Virus record (IMG/VR): IMGVR_UViG_3300028568_000061
DNA: 22,214 nucleotides
Direction: 5' to 3' (one strand)
Source: a virus
Shown here: positions 1 to 7,405 of the stretch, piece after piece
How positions within the stretch are numbered: position 1 is the stretch's first letter
Layout: every line of letters begins with the position of its first letter
Notes under the pieces: generated by a model
What the model was told of the DNA's origin: nothing
What the model saw: only the letters and a program-made list of their open reading frames with translations
The model's database searches: none
Translations under genes and position numbers: made by a program

Positions 1-1
1 T

Positions 2-283
2 ATGGCGTATCGATGGGGTACCGACCTTGTTCGCCATTTCGAGGCCGGAATGCGGTCCGCGCAGTTCGCGGTACCAACACCGGTCATGGCACCGGTATCT
101 CCGGTAGGTGTAGGCGGTGGAGGTGGTGGAACGACAGGATCTCGTGGCGACAACGTGTACATCACCATCGAGGCCGGCGCGGTGCAGGTGAGAGGTGCGG
201 ACGCGAAAACGTTTGACGAACGTGCACTGAGCCGGATCATCCGTGATGAGATCGGTCAGGCATTGAGAGAGAGGTCACGATGA
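2..283 (+). CDS. C-terminal fragment of probable tail tape measure protein (5' truncated by window edge)
   Basis: Gly-rich linker then NVYITIEAGAVQV...RALSRIIRDEI, a typical tape-measure C-terminal pattern; lies directly upstream of tail-tip genes. Confidence 0.55.
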   Translation: MAYRWGTDLVRHFEAGMRSAQFAVPTPVMAPVSPVGVGGGGGGTTGSRGDNVYITIEAGAVQVRGADAKTFDERALSRIIRDEIGQALRERSR

Positions 284-284
284 A

Positions 285-806
285 ATGAGTACGTATTCCG
301 ATATCCGGTTGGTGAAAGGCGGCACCGTGGTGGCGTATCTTGCGCCTACTGCACAGATCACACCGGTCTCAAAAAACGATCCGTTCACCGGCACTCTATC
401 CAAAGGCAGAGGCGCAATTGCGCGTGACGTACGGCGGTGGTACTGGGAGGTGACGGTGCAAGGGATATTCGAGCACAGTGACAACCTACCGTCGGATCAC
501 AAAACCGCGCTCCAAAACCTGTTTGGCCTCTCTGAAGTGTCTGCCGAGATGCAGATGCGGAGGATATACCAGTATGCATTAGGCGTTGGCGGCAATTTCG
601 ACCTCTACACACCGCAGGTGTTGTATACCGCGCGCAACGAGACGGAACTCCGGTTTGATCCGGCGTATCCACAGGATCCAATTGTGTTGCCGCAGGTCGT
701 GTTCGACGAGATCCGCGGACCGTATGAAGCCGGCAAGTCACGGATCGAATGGATGCTGAAATTCATCAGCGGGTTTTCGCGAAAAGGCGAAGAGGAGGAA
801 GAATAG
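285..806 (+). CDS. Tail protein, probably distal-tail (Dit)-like
   Basis: 173 aa, between tape measure and hub gene; assignment mainly positional; ends in TAG immediately followed by the next ATG. Confidence 0.5.
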   Translation: MSTYSDIRLVKGGTVVAYLAPTAQITPVSKNDPFTGTLSKGRGAIARDVRRWYWEVTVQGIFEHSDNLPSDHKTALQNLFGLSEVSAEMQMRRIYQYALGVGGNFDLYTPQVLYTARNETELRFDPAYPQDPIVLPQVVFDEIRGPYEAGKSRIEWMLKFISGFSRKGEEEEE

Positions 807-2156
807 ATGGATGGCATATCCATCGTGTTTGATGCCTACCCGATCAATATCGAATTCAGACCAGACTTACCACTCTGGTCGTTTTTCAGCATAAATCATC
901 ATGCCGTTTCCGACGACACCGCATCTGACTGGATGGTTTACCACGGCAGTCTCGGCCAGATAAGTAATGTCACCAGTATCCGCGTGCAGGACGCGTATCT
1001 GCGGTTCGCGCGCAAGGCCACCGTCGAGATCTACGATCCTGATGGATCGATCGCCGCCGCCACACCGCGCGACACATCCATCTATCTCTATGCCGCGCCG
1101 TATCCTGGCGCGCGACCACAACTGAGGTTCGGTGGGTTTGTGGTCGATATCGGGACCAGCGAGAACAACACCGTTCTCGACCTGTTGTCGTACGACTTCT
1201 GGCTGAAACGGCGCGTGGTCTACAAAACGTATACCAATACAGGTCTGCGCGACATCCTCCGCGACCTCATCACCACACTCACACCACTGGTCTGGGACGA
1301 CGCGCGGATCGATATCACCAACGATATCAAGATCTCACAGATCTGGAAAGGTGAACCGCTCGACTCCGTGATCTCACAGATCGCGAACACGAGTCAGTCA
1401 GAAGAATGGGGTGCCGATGACGAGGCCAGATTCTATTTCCGCGCACGAGGCACGCGCACCAGTCCTCGTCATTTCACCGAAGGCAACTATGTTGACGCAT
1501 CATTTGCCGAGGACGGTCGGATGGAGATCAACCGTGTTGTGATCTACTACGGCCAACCTGGTGACAATGCCGGCGCAGTCGCCGTCCAGGACCGCGGTGC
1601 ACAGATAGAACTCCAACGCCGGTATAATGCGCCGCGACCGGTGGTGATTGAGGTCACCAAAACGTATCCAGAGATCACAAACGAGGACGATGCGCGCATT
1701 CGTGCGGCCGCGATCCTGGCGGACCGTAAGGTAATCCGCACCGGTGAGATCGAGACCTGGGGCGCGATCTCGGTCAGACCTGGTGACGTGTGCGCGGTCG
1801 AGGTACCTGATCAGGGTATCAGTGGATCGTATCGTGTGGCACAGATCGAGTATTCGTATCCGGAGGACGAAACGGTCGTAAAACTGGCCGAGAATACTGA
1901 AGGCGTTGTGGACGTACTCGTCGAACTATCTGACGAGGTATCCAGGATAGATGCGCGTGACGCGGATCCGGAGGCGACACTGGTCGAGGTCGTCAACCTC
2001 ACCGAAGAGATCGATATCGAGATGGAACTCGCGGTGTATGTTATCCATGTACAGGAAGGAGTGTTCCTGTTCGGCGATGCCGGTGGCAACCTCGGTGATC
2101 CGCGTGCAGGTGGCGGTATCCTCGGTGATGCCGGCGGCAGGATAAAGGTGATCTAA
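807..2156 (+). CDS. Baseplate hub / tail-tip protein (Tal/gpD-like fold)
   Basis: 449 aa; LRFGGFVVDI, WGADDEARFYFR, INRVVIYYG, ISVRPGDVCAVEVPDQGISGSYRVAQIEY motifs typical of hub proteins; RBS GAGGAGG at 793-799. Confidence 0.65.
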   Translation: MDGISIVFDAYPINIEFRPDLPLWSFFSINHHAVSDDTASDWMVYHGSLGQISNVTSIRVQDAYLRFARKATVEIYDPDGSIAAATPRDTSIYLYAAPYPGARPQLRFGGFVVDIGTSENNTVLDLLSYDFWLKRRVVYKTYTNTGLRDILRDLITTLTPLVWDDARIDITNDIKISQIWKGEPLDSVISQIANTSQSEEWGADDEARFYFRARGTRTSPRHFTEGNYVDASFAEDGRMEINRVVIYYGQPGDNAGAVAVQDRGAQIELQRRYNAPRPVVIEVTKTYPEITNEDDARIRAAAILADRKVIRTGEIETWGAISVRPGDVCAVEVPDQGISGSYRVAQIEYSYPEDETVVKLAENTEGVVDVLVELSDEVSRIDARDADPEATLVEVVNLTEEIDIEMELAVYVIHVQEGVFLFGDAGGNLGDPRAGGGILGDAGGRIKVI

Positions 2157-2160
2157 AACC

Positions 2161-2502
2161 ATGACAGTACTAAACCAAGGTCTCGACGTATACAGAGACC
2201 AGATCAAGGCGGCAATCGCGACAGTGGAGATCGGTACCGGCACCACGCCGGAAACCACGTCCGATACCGCGTTACAGGCGCACCTGATATCGGTGCCGGC
2301 AACGACGTTTGAGAGACCTACTGGCGAGTTTGTCACCAGAGGCCGGCTCACGGCGTCGGAGGCGAACGGTAAACATCTGGCCGAGGTCGGTCTCAAGACG
2401 GCATCGACACTGGTGACGCGAAAAACGTTTGCGCCACTACTGAAAACAGACTTGATAGAGGTAGAGTTTGAAATACTTACACGATTGAGGAACAGGACAT
2501 GA
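2161..2502 (+). CDS. Small tail/baseplate protein, tail-fibre N-terminal-like
   Basis: EIGTGTTPETTSDTAL ... EANGKHLAEVGL ... LKTDLIEVEFEI pattern of tail-fibre/baseplate adaptor proteins; tail-module context. Confidence 0.55.
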   Translation: MTVLNQGLDVYRDQIKAAIATVEIGTGTTPETTSDTALQAHLISVPATTFERPTGEFVTRGRLTASEANGKHLAEVGLKTASTLVTRKTFAPLLKTDLIEVEFEILTRLRNRT

Positions 2503-3356
2503 AAACGTTTCAGGATGGCGATCCGTTATTCGGCGCCATGATGCACGCGATCGCGAATTTGTGGCCGAACGGCACGGCGGTACTATCCGGATGCGCGCCG
2601 ACCGGGTCCTCGACCACGCGGCAGGTGACTGTGGCTGGAGGTACGGTTGTGATCAACGGTACCGTGGTCTCAATATCACAACAGACGAAAACACTTGATG
2701 CGGCGACGTTCGATCGATACGATCTCGTATCTATCAACACTTCCGGCCAGGCGATCGTGACGAAAGGCGTTGATACACGACGTGTACCGCCGGTGCCGGC
2801 TAACAGTGTGCCTATCGCGATCTGTTTGGTCGAGACCGGGCAGACAGCACTTCCTACGGACAGGATCTATGATACGCGGATGGATGCGTTTAGACTGTCT
2901 TCACTTAATATCAATGCAGATAAAAATTGGAACAGAAAAAACATTACAAATCTTGGAAAGATCTCTCCGATTTCGTGGCTTGCTGTTACTGGAAATGACC
3001 CGCTATTAATATCTAAGACCGGTAATCCATCTACTACGGTGTCATTCACACAGCAGGTTGAAAAAGGAAACATAAAGATCGTCGCGTTGGGCGAAGGGGC
3101 TGGTTATTATTATGGGCTCCCCCAAACAAGGGTATTTCATGTATATCTAAATGGTGATGAAATATGGAGCCAATCTCAAGGTCTATCGTGGGATGGAGAA
3201 CAATCTTATTACTCTTCCTTTTCTGCCATAGTTGACGAGGATCTGGTTATCGAGCCCGGGGACGCTCTAACATTATCGGTTACAGGGGTGACCTCATCGG
3301 TAACAATGGAAATCTATGCTACACCGATCGTTGCGCCATATGGGCTTGTAGTGTAA
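2499..3356 (+). CDS. Tail fibre / receptor-binding protein
   Basis: N-terminal VTVAGGTVVING...DRYDLVSINTSG...KG...PPVPANSVPIA anchor domain; LNINADKNW..KNITNLG segment; compositionally distinct beta-rich C-terminus; last gene of the tail module. Confidence 0.6.
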   Translation: MKTFQDGDPLFGAMMHAIANLWPNGTAVLSGCAPTGSSTTRQVTVAGGTVVINGTVVSISQQTKTLDAATFDRYDLVSINTSGQAIVTKGVDTRRVPPVPANSVPIAICLVETGQTALPTDRIYDTRMDAFRLSSLNINADKNWNRKNITNLGKISPISWLAVTGNDPLLISKTGNPSTTVSFTQQVEKGNIKIVALGEGAGYYYGLPQTRVFHVYLNGDEIWSQSQGLSWDGEQSYYSSFSAIVDEDLVIEPGDALTLSVTGVTSSVTMEIYATPIVAPYGLVV

Positions 3357-3728
3357 TTACACCCTCGCCCTTATCTCACTAATTTTTGCGCTCTTAGGAT
3401 ACCCGTCGCCGTAATACCGGATCGTAAACAGCGCGGTCTCTCCTGGATCGAGGTTTTCGATGATGGTTCTGCCGTCGCCGATCATTATTCCATCGGAGTC
3501 GTAAAATTTCACCGCAATACCAATGGCGGTAAACTTCTCATCGTAGTTGTTTCTCACATGGCCTTCGACACCGATGGTATATCTGTCGAGTGGCACTACC
3601 TCGTAATCCAACACCTCGACTACGTCTGCCACCTTGATGGTCTCTGTTGTGACGCATCCTGCCATCACCGCCATCATACCTAATACCGCGATGAGTGCCG
3701 CGATCCAGATCATAGATCTCCTGGTCAT
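3357..3728 (-). CDS. FxLYD-domain lipoprotein (123 aa), possible superinfection-exclusion or cell-surface protein
   Basis: Start re-called at 3728 (MTRRSMIWIAALIAVLGMMAVMAGC = signal peptide plus lipobox Cys); GHVRNN...VKFYDSDG...IENLDPGETALF matches the FxLYD domain pattern; only convincing minus-strand gene. Confidence 0.75.
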   Translation of the reverse strand: MTRRSMIWIAALIAVLGMMAVMAGCVTTETIKVADVVEVLDYEVVPLDRYTIGVEGHVRNNYDEKFTAIGIAVKFYDSDGIMIGDGRTIIENLDPGETALFTIRYYGDGYPKSAKISEIRARV

Positions 3729-3752
3729 GTGTGATAGATAGATGGCCGCCGC

Positions 3753-3765
3753 ATATAGATATTTT
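3753..3765 (-). promoter_or_regulatory. TATA-like element for the lipoprotein gene, probably a leaderless transcript
   Basis: Minus-strand AAAATATCTATAT about 25 nt upstream of the ATG at 3728; no RBS before that ATG. Confidence 0.45.
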
Positions 3766-3964
3766 GTCTGCGCGCGCGCCATGTGGCAGATAACCACCTC
3801 CATATCACGCGTTTGGCGACGGATCTCATCTCGACTGGACACATCTATCATCCGCGCACCTCGCGCCGTTAAACACACAATGTGTGCGTCTCGCGAGATT
3901 GGTGGCAAATCCTCTTGTGTGACACTACCCGGTGGTGCCACCGCGTGTTGCCTCTATCGATACC

Positions 3965-4008
3965 TATATATACACAGAGATCTAATAGATATATTGTAGA
4001 GAGGTGAG
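3965..4008 (+). promoter_or_regulatory. Early promoter copy 1: TATA box, ATCTA-A-TAGAT palindrome and RBS
   Basis: TATATATA 3965-3972; palindrome within the 33-bp repeat; GAGGTGAG before ATG 4013. Confidence 0.7.
3971..4003 (+). repeat. 33-bp direct repeat, copy 1 (TACACAGAGATCTAATAGATATATTGTAGAGAG)
   Basis: Identical to 5195-5227; similarity extends into the flanking TATA and GGTGAG RBS. Confidence 0.95.
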
Positions 4009-4012
4009 AGAG

Positions 4013-4399
4013 ATGGAAGTCACCAAGAGAGAGTTTGAAAAACTGAATGACGAGAAGTATCTCAAACAGAACCCATACGCCTGGACCGAACAACAGAGGA
4101 TGGAGATGAACCGCGCGAAGGCCACATACGCCGAGATTGACGCGCGCGAGAAGCGGATCGTCGTGAAAAACGCGTTCCCGATCAAGGAGACGCTGAAACA
4201 CATGATGTTCAGGTTTGATCCCGCGGAGGGCGGCTGGTACCACCCACTCGGGACCCCGGCGGAAAACAGGCAGATCGTGACAACACTAAAGTCTCTCGGT
4301 GTGGAGACCAGAATGACGATGGACACCGTCCAGCGGACACAGTACCGCGGCGACATGATGGGGCAGGTCTACGATGCCCATGGGCCTGAGAAAGGGTAG
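4013..4399 (+). CDS. Hypothetical early protein; reading frame stays open past TAG to TAA at 4463-4465
   Basis: Start re-called at ATG 4013 after the RBS; KNAFPIKETLK..FRFDP...W motif seen in small phage domains. Confidence 0.75.
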   Translation: MEVTKREFEKLNDEKYLKQNPYAWTEQQRMEMNRAKATYAEIDAREKRIVVKNAFPIKETLKHMMFRFDPAEGGWYHPLGTPAENRQIVTTLKSLGVETRMTMDTVQRTQYRGDMMGQVYDAHGPEKG

Positions 4400-4466
4400 G
4401 CATTAGTGGATGAGGCCGCGCGCAAGGCATTGATCAGGTTTGGTCTGATACAGGAGGTGCAGTAAT

Positions 4467-5186
4467 ATGAACACATCAGAACTGGCATACGAAAAACCCA
4501 CAGAATTACTAGAACCGTCATCAAACCACCGCGGCGCAGTGCCGCGGGACATCCTACTGGTGATCAATTGGCAGGATGGAGAAATATACGCGGAAACCAA
4601 GGATCCTGGAGACCGGTTTATCACCGGCACGCGATGGGCCGGCATCGAGGACGCGTATATCCTGCCGTCGAACGTAAACGCGGCTCTCCTCCGCGAATGG
4701 GTGGAGGAAGAGGTTGTGCCACGCGCGCAACCTCTCGCCGACGCGTTTGAGATTGTGTGTGACGTGAACGGCAACCTGAAAGGCGCGTTTCCGGGAATGG
4801 AAGAGGAGAAATTGGAATTTGATAAGTGGCTGGCCTGCGACGCGGAGCCACCAACACATGGTGGTGGCCTGTGGACTGTCGAAGAGTGGTTGGAGGGCGG
4901 TGTACCGGAGATCACATCGGACCTAACCGACGACGATCTCGTCGATCTCGCGGGCGATATCGTTCGCGAGGCAGAGGAACAGAACGTGGTTTTGATCGGT
5001 GGCGCAGAGGCGGTATTTTACCACCTCTGCGAAATTCTGGACTCTGTTAGGGGTCCGGACACCTACGAGATCCAGGGATACGAGGTGGTTGAGAAAGTCG
5101 CCCGGGCGACCGGGACGACGGCACATGTGTTTGTTCCTGTTTCCTGGGTGGGGAAGAGAGTGAAGATCGTGAGGATAGAACCGTAA
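4467..5186 (+). CDS. Acidic hypothetical protein fused to a C-terminal DUF2080 (AbrB-like) domain
   Basis: RBS GGAGGTG; C-terminus YEIQGYEVVEKVARATGTTAHVFVPVSWVGKRVKIVRIEP matches DUF2080 (PF09853) of methanogens. Confidence 0.75.
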   Translation: MNTSELAYEKPTELLEPSSNHRGAVPRDILLVINWQDGEIYAETKDPGDRFITGTRWAGIEDAYILPSNVNAALLREWVEEEVVPRAQPLADAFEIVCDVNGNLKGAFPGMEEEKLEFDKWLACDAEPPTHGGGLWTVEEWLEGGVPEITSDLTDDDLVDLAGDIVREAEEQNVVLIGGAEAVFYHLCEILDSVRGPDTYEIQGYEVVEKVARATGTTAHVFVPVSWVGKRVKIVRIEP

Positions 5187-5233
5187 AGTATATGTACACA
5201 GAGATCTAATAGATATATTGTAGAGAGAGGTGA
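5185..5233 (+). promoter_or_regulatory. Early promoter copy 2: BRE/TATA, palindrome and RBS
   Basis: AAAGTATATGTA 5185-5196 followed by the 33-bp repeat and GAGGTGAG; ATG at 5242. Confidence 0.7.
5195..5227 (+). repeat. 33-bp direct repeat, copy 2
   Basis: Identical to 3971-4003. Confidence 0.95.
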
Positions 5234-5241
5234 GTAAGAAA

Positions 5242-5670
5242 ATGGAGCAATTAGTAAGATATGTGCGCGCGGGAAAAATCTCGAAGGCGCACGAGGCACT
5301 GAAAATTGAGCTCGACAACCAGAACCTCCACGGTGATGGCGACCTGATAATTGGTGCGCGGGCGGTCCGGGACCTCCTGGAGGACGGCAAGGTCGTGCCG
5401 ATCATGCGCATCGAGACCAGGAATGGTGATGTGGATATTACCGATGCTGGCGATGCCAGTGTTGGTATCACCGGCCGGCGTGTGTATCTCCGGATCGGTG
5501 GCAAACGCTACTCTCTGCCACTCGGTCACGTGCGCCGAGTCGCGGTAGGTACCAAACCGGTCGCAATACTGTATCGGAACGAGGTATACACACCGATCAT
5601 CGACGCCGACCGCGTGCAGGCAGAGGCCGGCGCGCGCAGGATAGATGAAGGCCTGATGAAGGAGTTCTGA
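5242..5670 (+). CDS. Hypothetical protein
   Basis: Start re-called at ATG 5242 downstream of the RBS; 142 aa; coupled to the next gene. Confidence 0.75.
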   Translation: MEQLVRYVRAGKISKAHEALKIELDNQNLHGDGDLIIGARAVRDLLEDGKVVPIMRIETRNGDVDITDAGDASVGITGRRVYLRIGGKRYSLPLGHVRRVAVGTKPVAILYRNEVYTPIIDADRVQAEAGARRIDEGLMKEF

Positions 5671-5672
5671 GT

Positions 5673-5984
5673 ATGATATCAGAAGATGTATGTAGGATGG
5701 TTGACAACGCGGTCGCAGAGAGTTTCGTGGGCGCGACCGTTATATCCGTGTCGCCGGAGACGGATACAGATGGTCGGATCCTATTTAAGAGAATTGTGAT
5801 TCGCCTTCCGGGTGGGCGCAAACTCAGACTCATACCGGATACGCACTGTGGCGATCCGACGATAGTGGCAATAACAGACTCGCGGTTCGGACCGCGAGAA
5901 CTGGACGCATTTGAAGACTACTCACATCTAGACGCTGAACTACGGTGGCATCCGGAACCGCCGGAGCCGTGGGACCGCGAGTAG
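5673..5984 (+). CDS. Hypothetical protein; frame stays open past TAG to TGA at 6114-6116
   Basis: RBS GAAGGAG; ATG 2 nt after the previous stop. Confidence 0.7.
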   Translation: MISEDVCRMVDNAVAESFVGATVISVSPETDTDGRILFKRIVIRLPGGRKLRLIPDTHCGDPTIVAITDSRFGPRELDAFEDYSHLDAELRWHPEPPEPWDRE

Positions 5985-6096
5985 ATCAGATCGACCGCCG
6001 ACCGTAACCACGCGGGCGTGGAGGTGCAAGACCTCCTCGGCGGTATCGTCTCCGATGATGGCGCGACCGGAGGAGGTGGAAAAGAGGTGAGAAAAA

Positions 6097-6339
6097 ATGG
6101 AACCGAAAGTTGTTGAATGGAGGCTGATCCGGAATGGATCAGAGGTACTCGATACTCTGAAACAGGATATCGACGATCTACAGACCAACGGCCGCGGATA
6201 CGTGTTGAACTGGTTGATACCGGAGGAACACGCGGAAGCGGCAGAACGCGGTGAGTGGTGTGAAGAGGGTTTTGTATACCACATCGACACAGACTATTAT
6301 GAGATCGCGTGTTGTGTGATTGACGAAGATGTGGAGTGA
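6097..6339 (+). CDS. Small, very acidic hypothetical protein
   Basis: RBS GAGGTGAG; 21 D/E versus 6 K/R in 80 aa (hand count). Confidence 0.75.
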   Translation: MEPKVVEWRLIRNGSEVLDTLKQDIDDLQTNGRGYVLNWLIPEEHAEAAERGEWCEEGFVYHIDTDYYEIACCVIDEDVE

Positions 6340-6623
6340 TCACGATGTGGTTCACATACGATCCATACGATCCTGAATTTGCGGTCTATCCTACTGAAGA
6401 AGAGGCGAAGGCCGCGTTTGAAAAAATCCTCGACCGGTTTAGAACCGAGGCATTAGATGACGGCTGGGATCTAGACGTGGAACGACTCTGCATGGGTCGA
6501 GTGACGCGCGAGGTGGTATTAGTACCGATACCACTGGATGTTTTGGCGGACATGATCGTCTCTGGTCTCGCAACCGAAGGCGATGAAATCTGCGAGGCGG
6601 TTGTAGATGAAATCAAAGAATGA
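6336..6623 (+). CDS. Small acidic hypothetical phage protein
   Basis: GTGA overlap with the previous stop; WFTYDP...PTEEEAKAA...DGWDLDVE pattern; 24 D/E in 95 aa (hand count). Confidence 0.75.
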   Translation: MITMWFTYDPYDPEFAVYPTEEEAKAAFEKILDRFRTEALDDGWDLDVERLCMGRVTREVVLVPIPLDVLADMIVSGLATEGDEICEAVVDEIKE

Positions 6624-6765
6624 GACGGTACCACCGTGTGCGTGGTGCCAGTACGGTGTGCCGCGGTGGAGTATGGACTGGTGTGCCGCGAGTGGCGCGC
6701 CGGTCATAGTTTTTGGGTGCGCGGGAGATCCGTGCACCTGCGTACACAACATGAAAAAGGAGTGA
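6607..6765 (+). CDS. Cys-rich microprotein (52 aa), not in the ORF track
   Basis: Hand translation MKSKNETVPPCAWCQYGVPRWSMDWCAASGAPVIVFGCAGDPCTCVHNMKKE; fills the gap exactly; GAGGCGG upstream; its 3' end carries the RBS of the next gene. Confidence 0.65.
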   Translation: MKSKNETVPPCAWCQYGVPRWSMDWCAASGAPVIVFGCAGDPCTCVHNMKKE

Positions 6766-6771
6766 TGGAAA

Positions 6772-7041
6772 ATGGAGTACAAAACTGGCTACGACACGGG
6801 AACCTATGAGACGTTTGAAGAGGGCATCTGCCCACACCAAACGCGTGACAGAAGAGGATGCGCCTACCGAGGCCCGGGACCGTGGGACGGCGCGTGTCCG
6901 TATTTAAACAATCCGGATATCCGGTGTCACATCAAGAATTGCATCGACGAAACCCGGGAGGCCGCCGAGAAACGGCGGATCGCGGCAGAGATGGCCGATC
7001 CGCGTAACGAACCCGTTGGCACGAGAGAATGGGCAACTTGA
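6772..7041 (+). CDS. Cys-rich hypothetical protein
   Basis: RBS AAGGAGTG; 5 Cys plus His, possible metal binding. Confidence 0.7.
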   Translation: MEYKTGYDTGTYETFEEGICPHQTRDRRGCAYRGPGPWDGACPYLNNPDIRCHIKNCIDETREAAEKRRIAAEMADPRNEPVGTREWAT

Positions 7042-7059
7042 GACGGTGGAGGTGAAACA

Positions 7060-7383
7060 GTGGCACGAAAATTTGAGTGGAGATCGTGCAGGCCATATGC
7101 ACCCGGGCATATCCCGGGTGTTGTGGTATCTGAAGTTGAGAAAAAGAACACGATCGTGTTTGGAAGTGATCTCTGTATTCCAAAGGAGGGACCGTGTCTC
7201 TCGATCGACGAGAGTATCGAGATCCTCAAAAAATTGAAAAAGTGTCGGTACAAAACTTATCGTATTGAACGAATAGAGAGACCCACGGGCGGATTTGTAA
7301 TGGCGTTTGTTGGAGTCACAGATGACTCTGATGACGACAAACGGTGCGTAGGAATACTCGCACCGTACGTGAGGACAGTATGA
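7060..7383 (+). CDS. Hypothetical protein (GTG start)
   Basis: Strong RBS GGAGGTGA; fits operon spacing. Confidence 0.7.
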   Translation: MARKFEWRSCRPYAPGHIPGVVVSEVEKKNTIVFGSDLCIPKEGPCLSIDESIEILKKLKKCRYKTYRIERIERPTGGFVMAFVGVTDDSDDDKRCVGILAPYVRTV

Positions 7384-7405
7384 GACAAATGGGGGTTTGG
7401 AAAAA

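Noticed and set aside
804-809. TAG immediately followed in frame by ATG, suggesting a Dit-hub readthrough fusion
   Set aside because: The downstream gene has its own strong RBS, and TAGATG is a recurrent start context here (also 6607, 11681, 11920), so this case gives little support for readthrough
2499-3356. Tail fibre as a DGR target
   Set aside because: No CLec-like C-terminus recognised, no template/variable repeat pair and no reverse transcriptase in the window
3770-3960. tRNA or ncRNA in the gap between the divergent promoters
   Set aside because: Only short hairpins (CACACAATGTGTG, GGTGGTGCCACC); no cloverleaf or T-loop consensus
5060-5186. IS200/IS605 element implied by DUF2080
   Set aside because: No TnpA/TnpB gene or terminal hairpins nearby; the domain is fused in frame to a viral protein
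3971-5227. 33-bp repeat as a CRISPR repeat or attL/attR pair
   Set aside because: Only two copies, 1.2 kb apart, each forming a promoter and RBS; no spacers, cas genes or integrase
6020-6076. Alternative hairpins pairing CCTCC tracts with GGAGG RBS-like motifs (riboswitch-like)
   Set aside because: Stems of 6-7 bp in GC-rich DNA are expected by chance, and the segment may be coding if TAG 5982 is read through
7100-7120. 8-bp perfect hairpin CACCCGGG-CATAT-CCCGGGTG
   Set aside because: Inside a coding region, single occurrence, no T-tract or promoter context; plausible by chance
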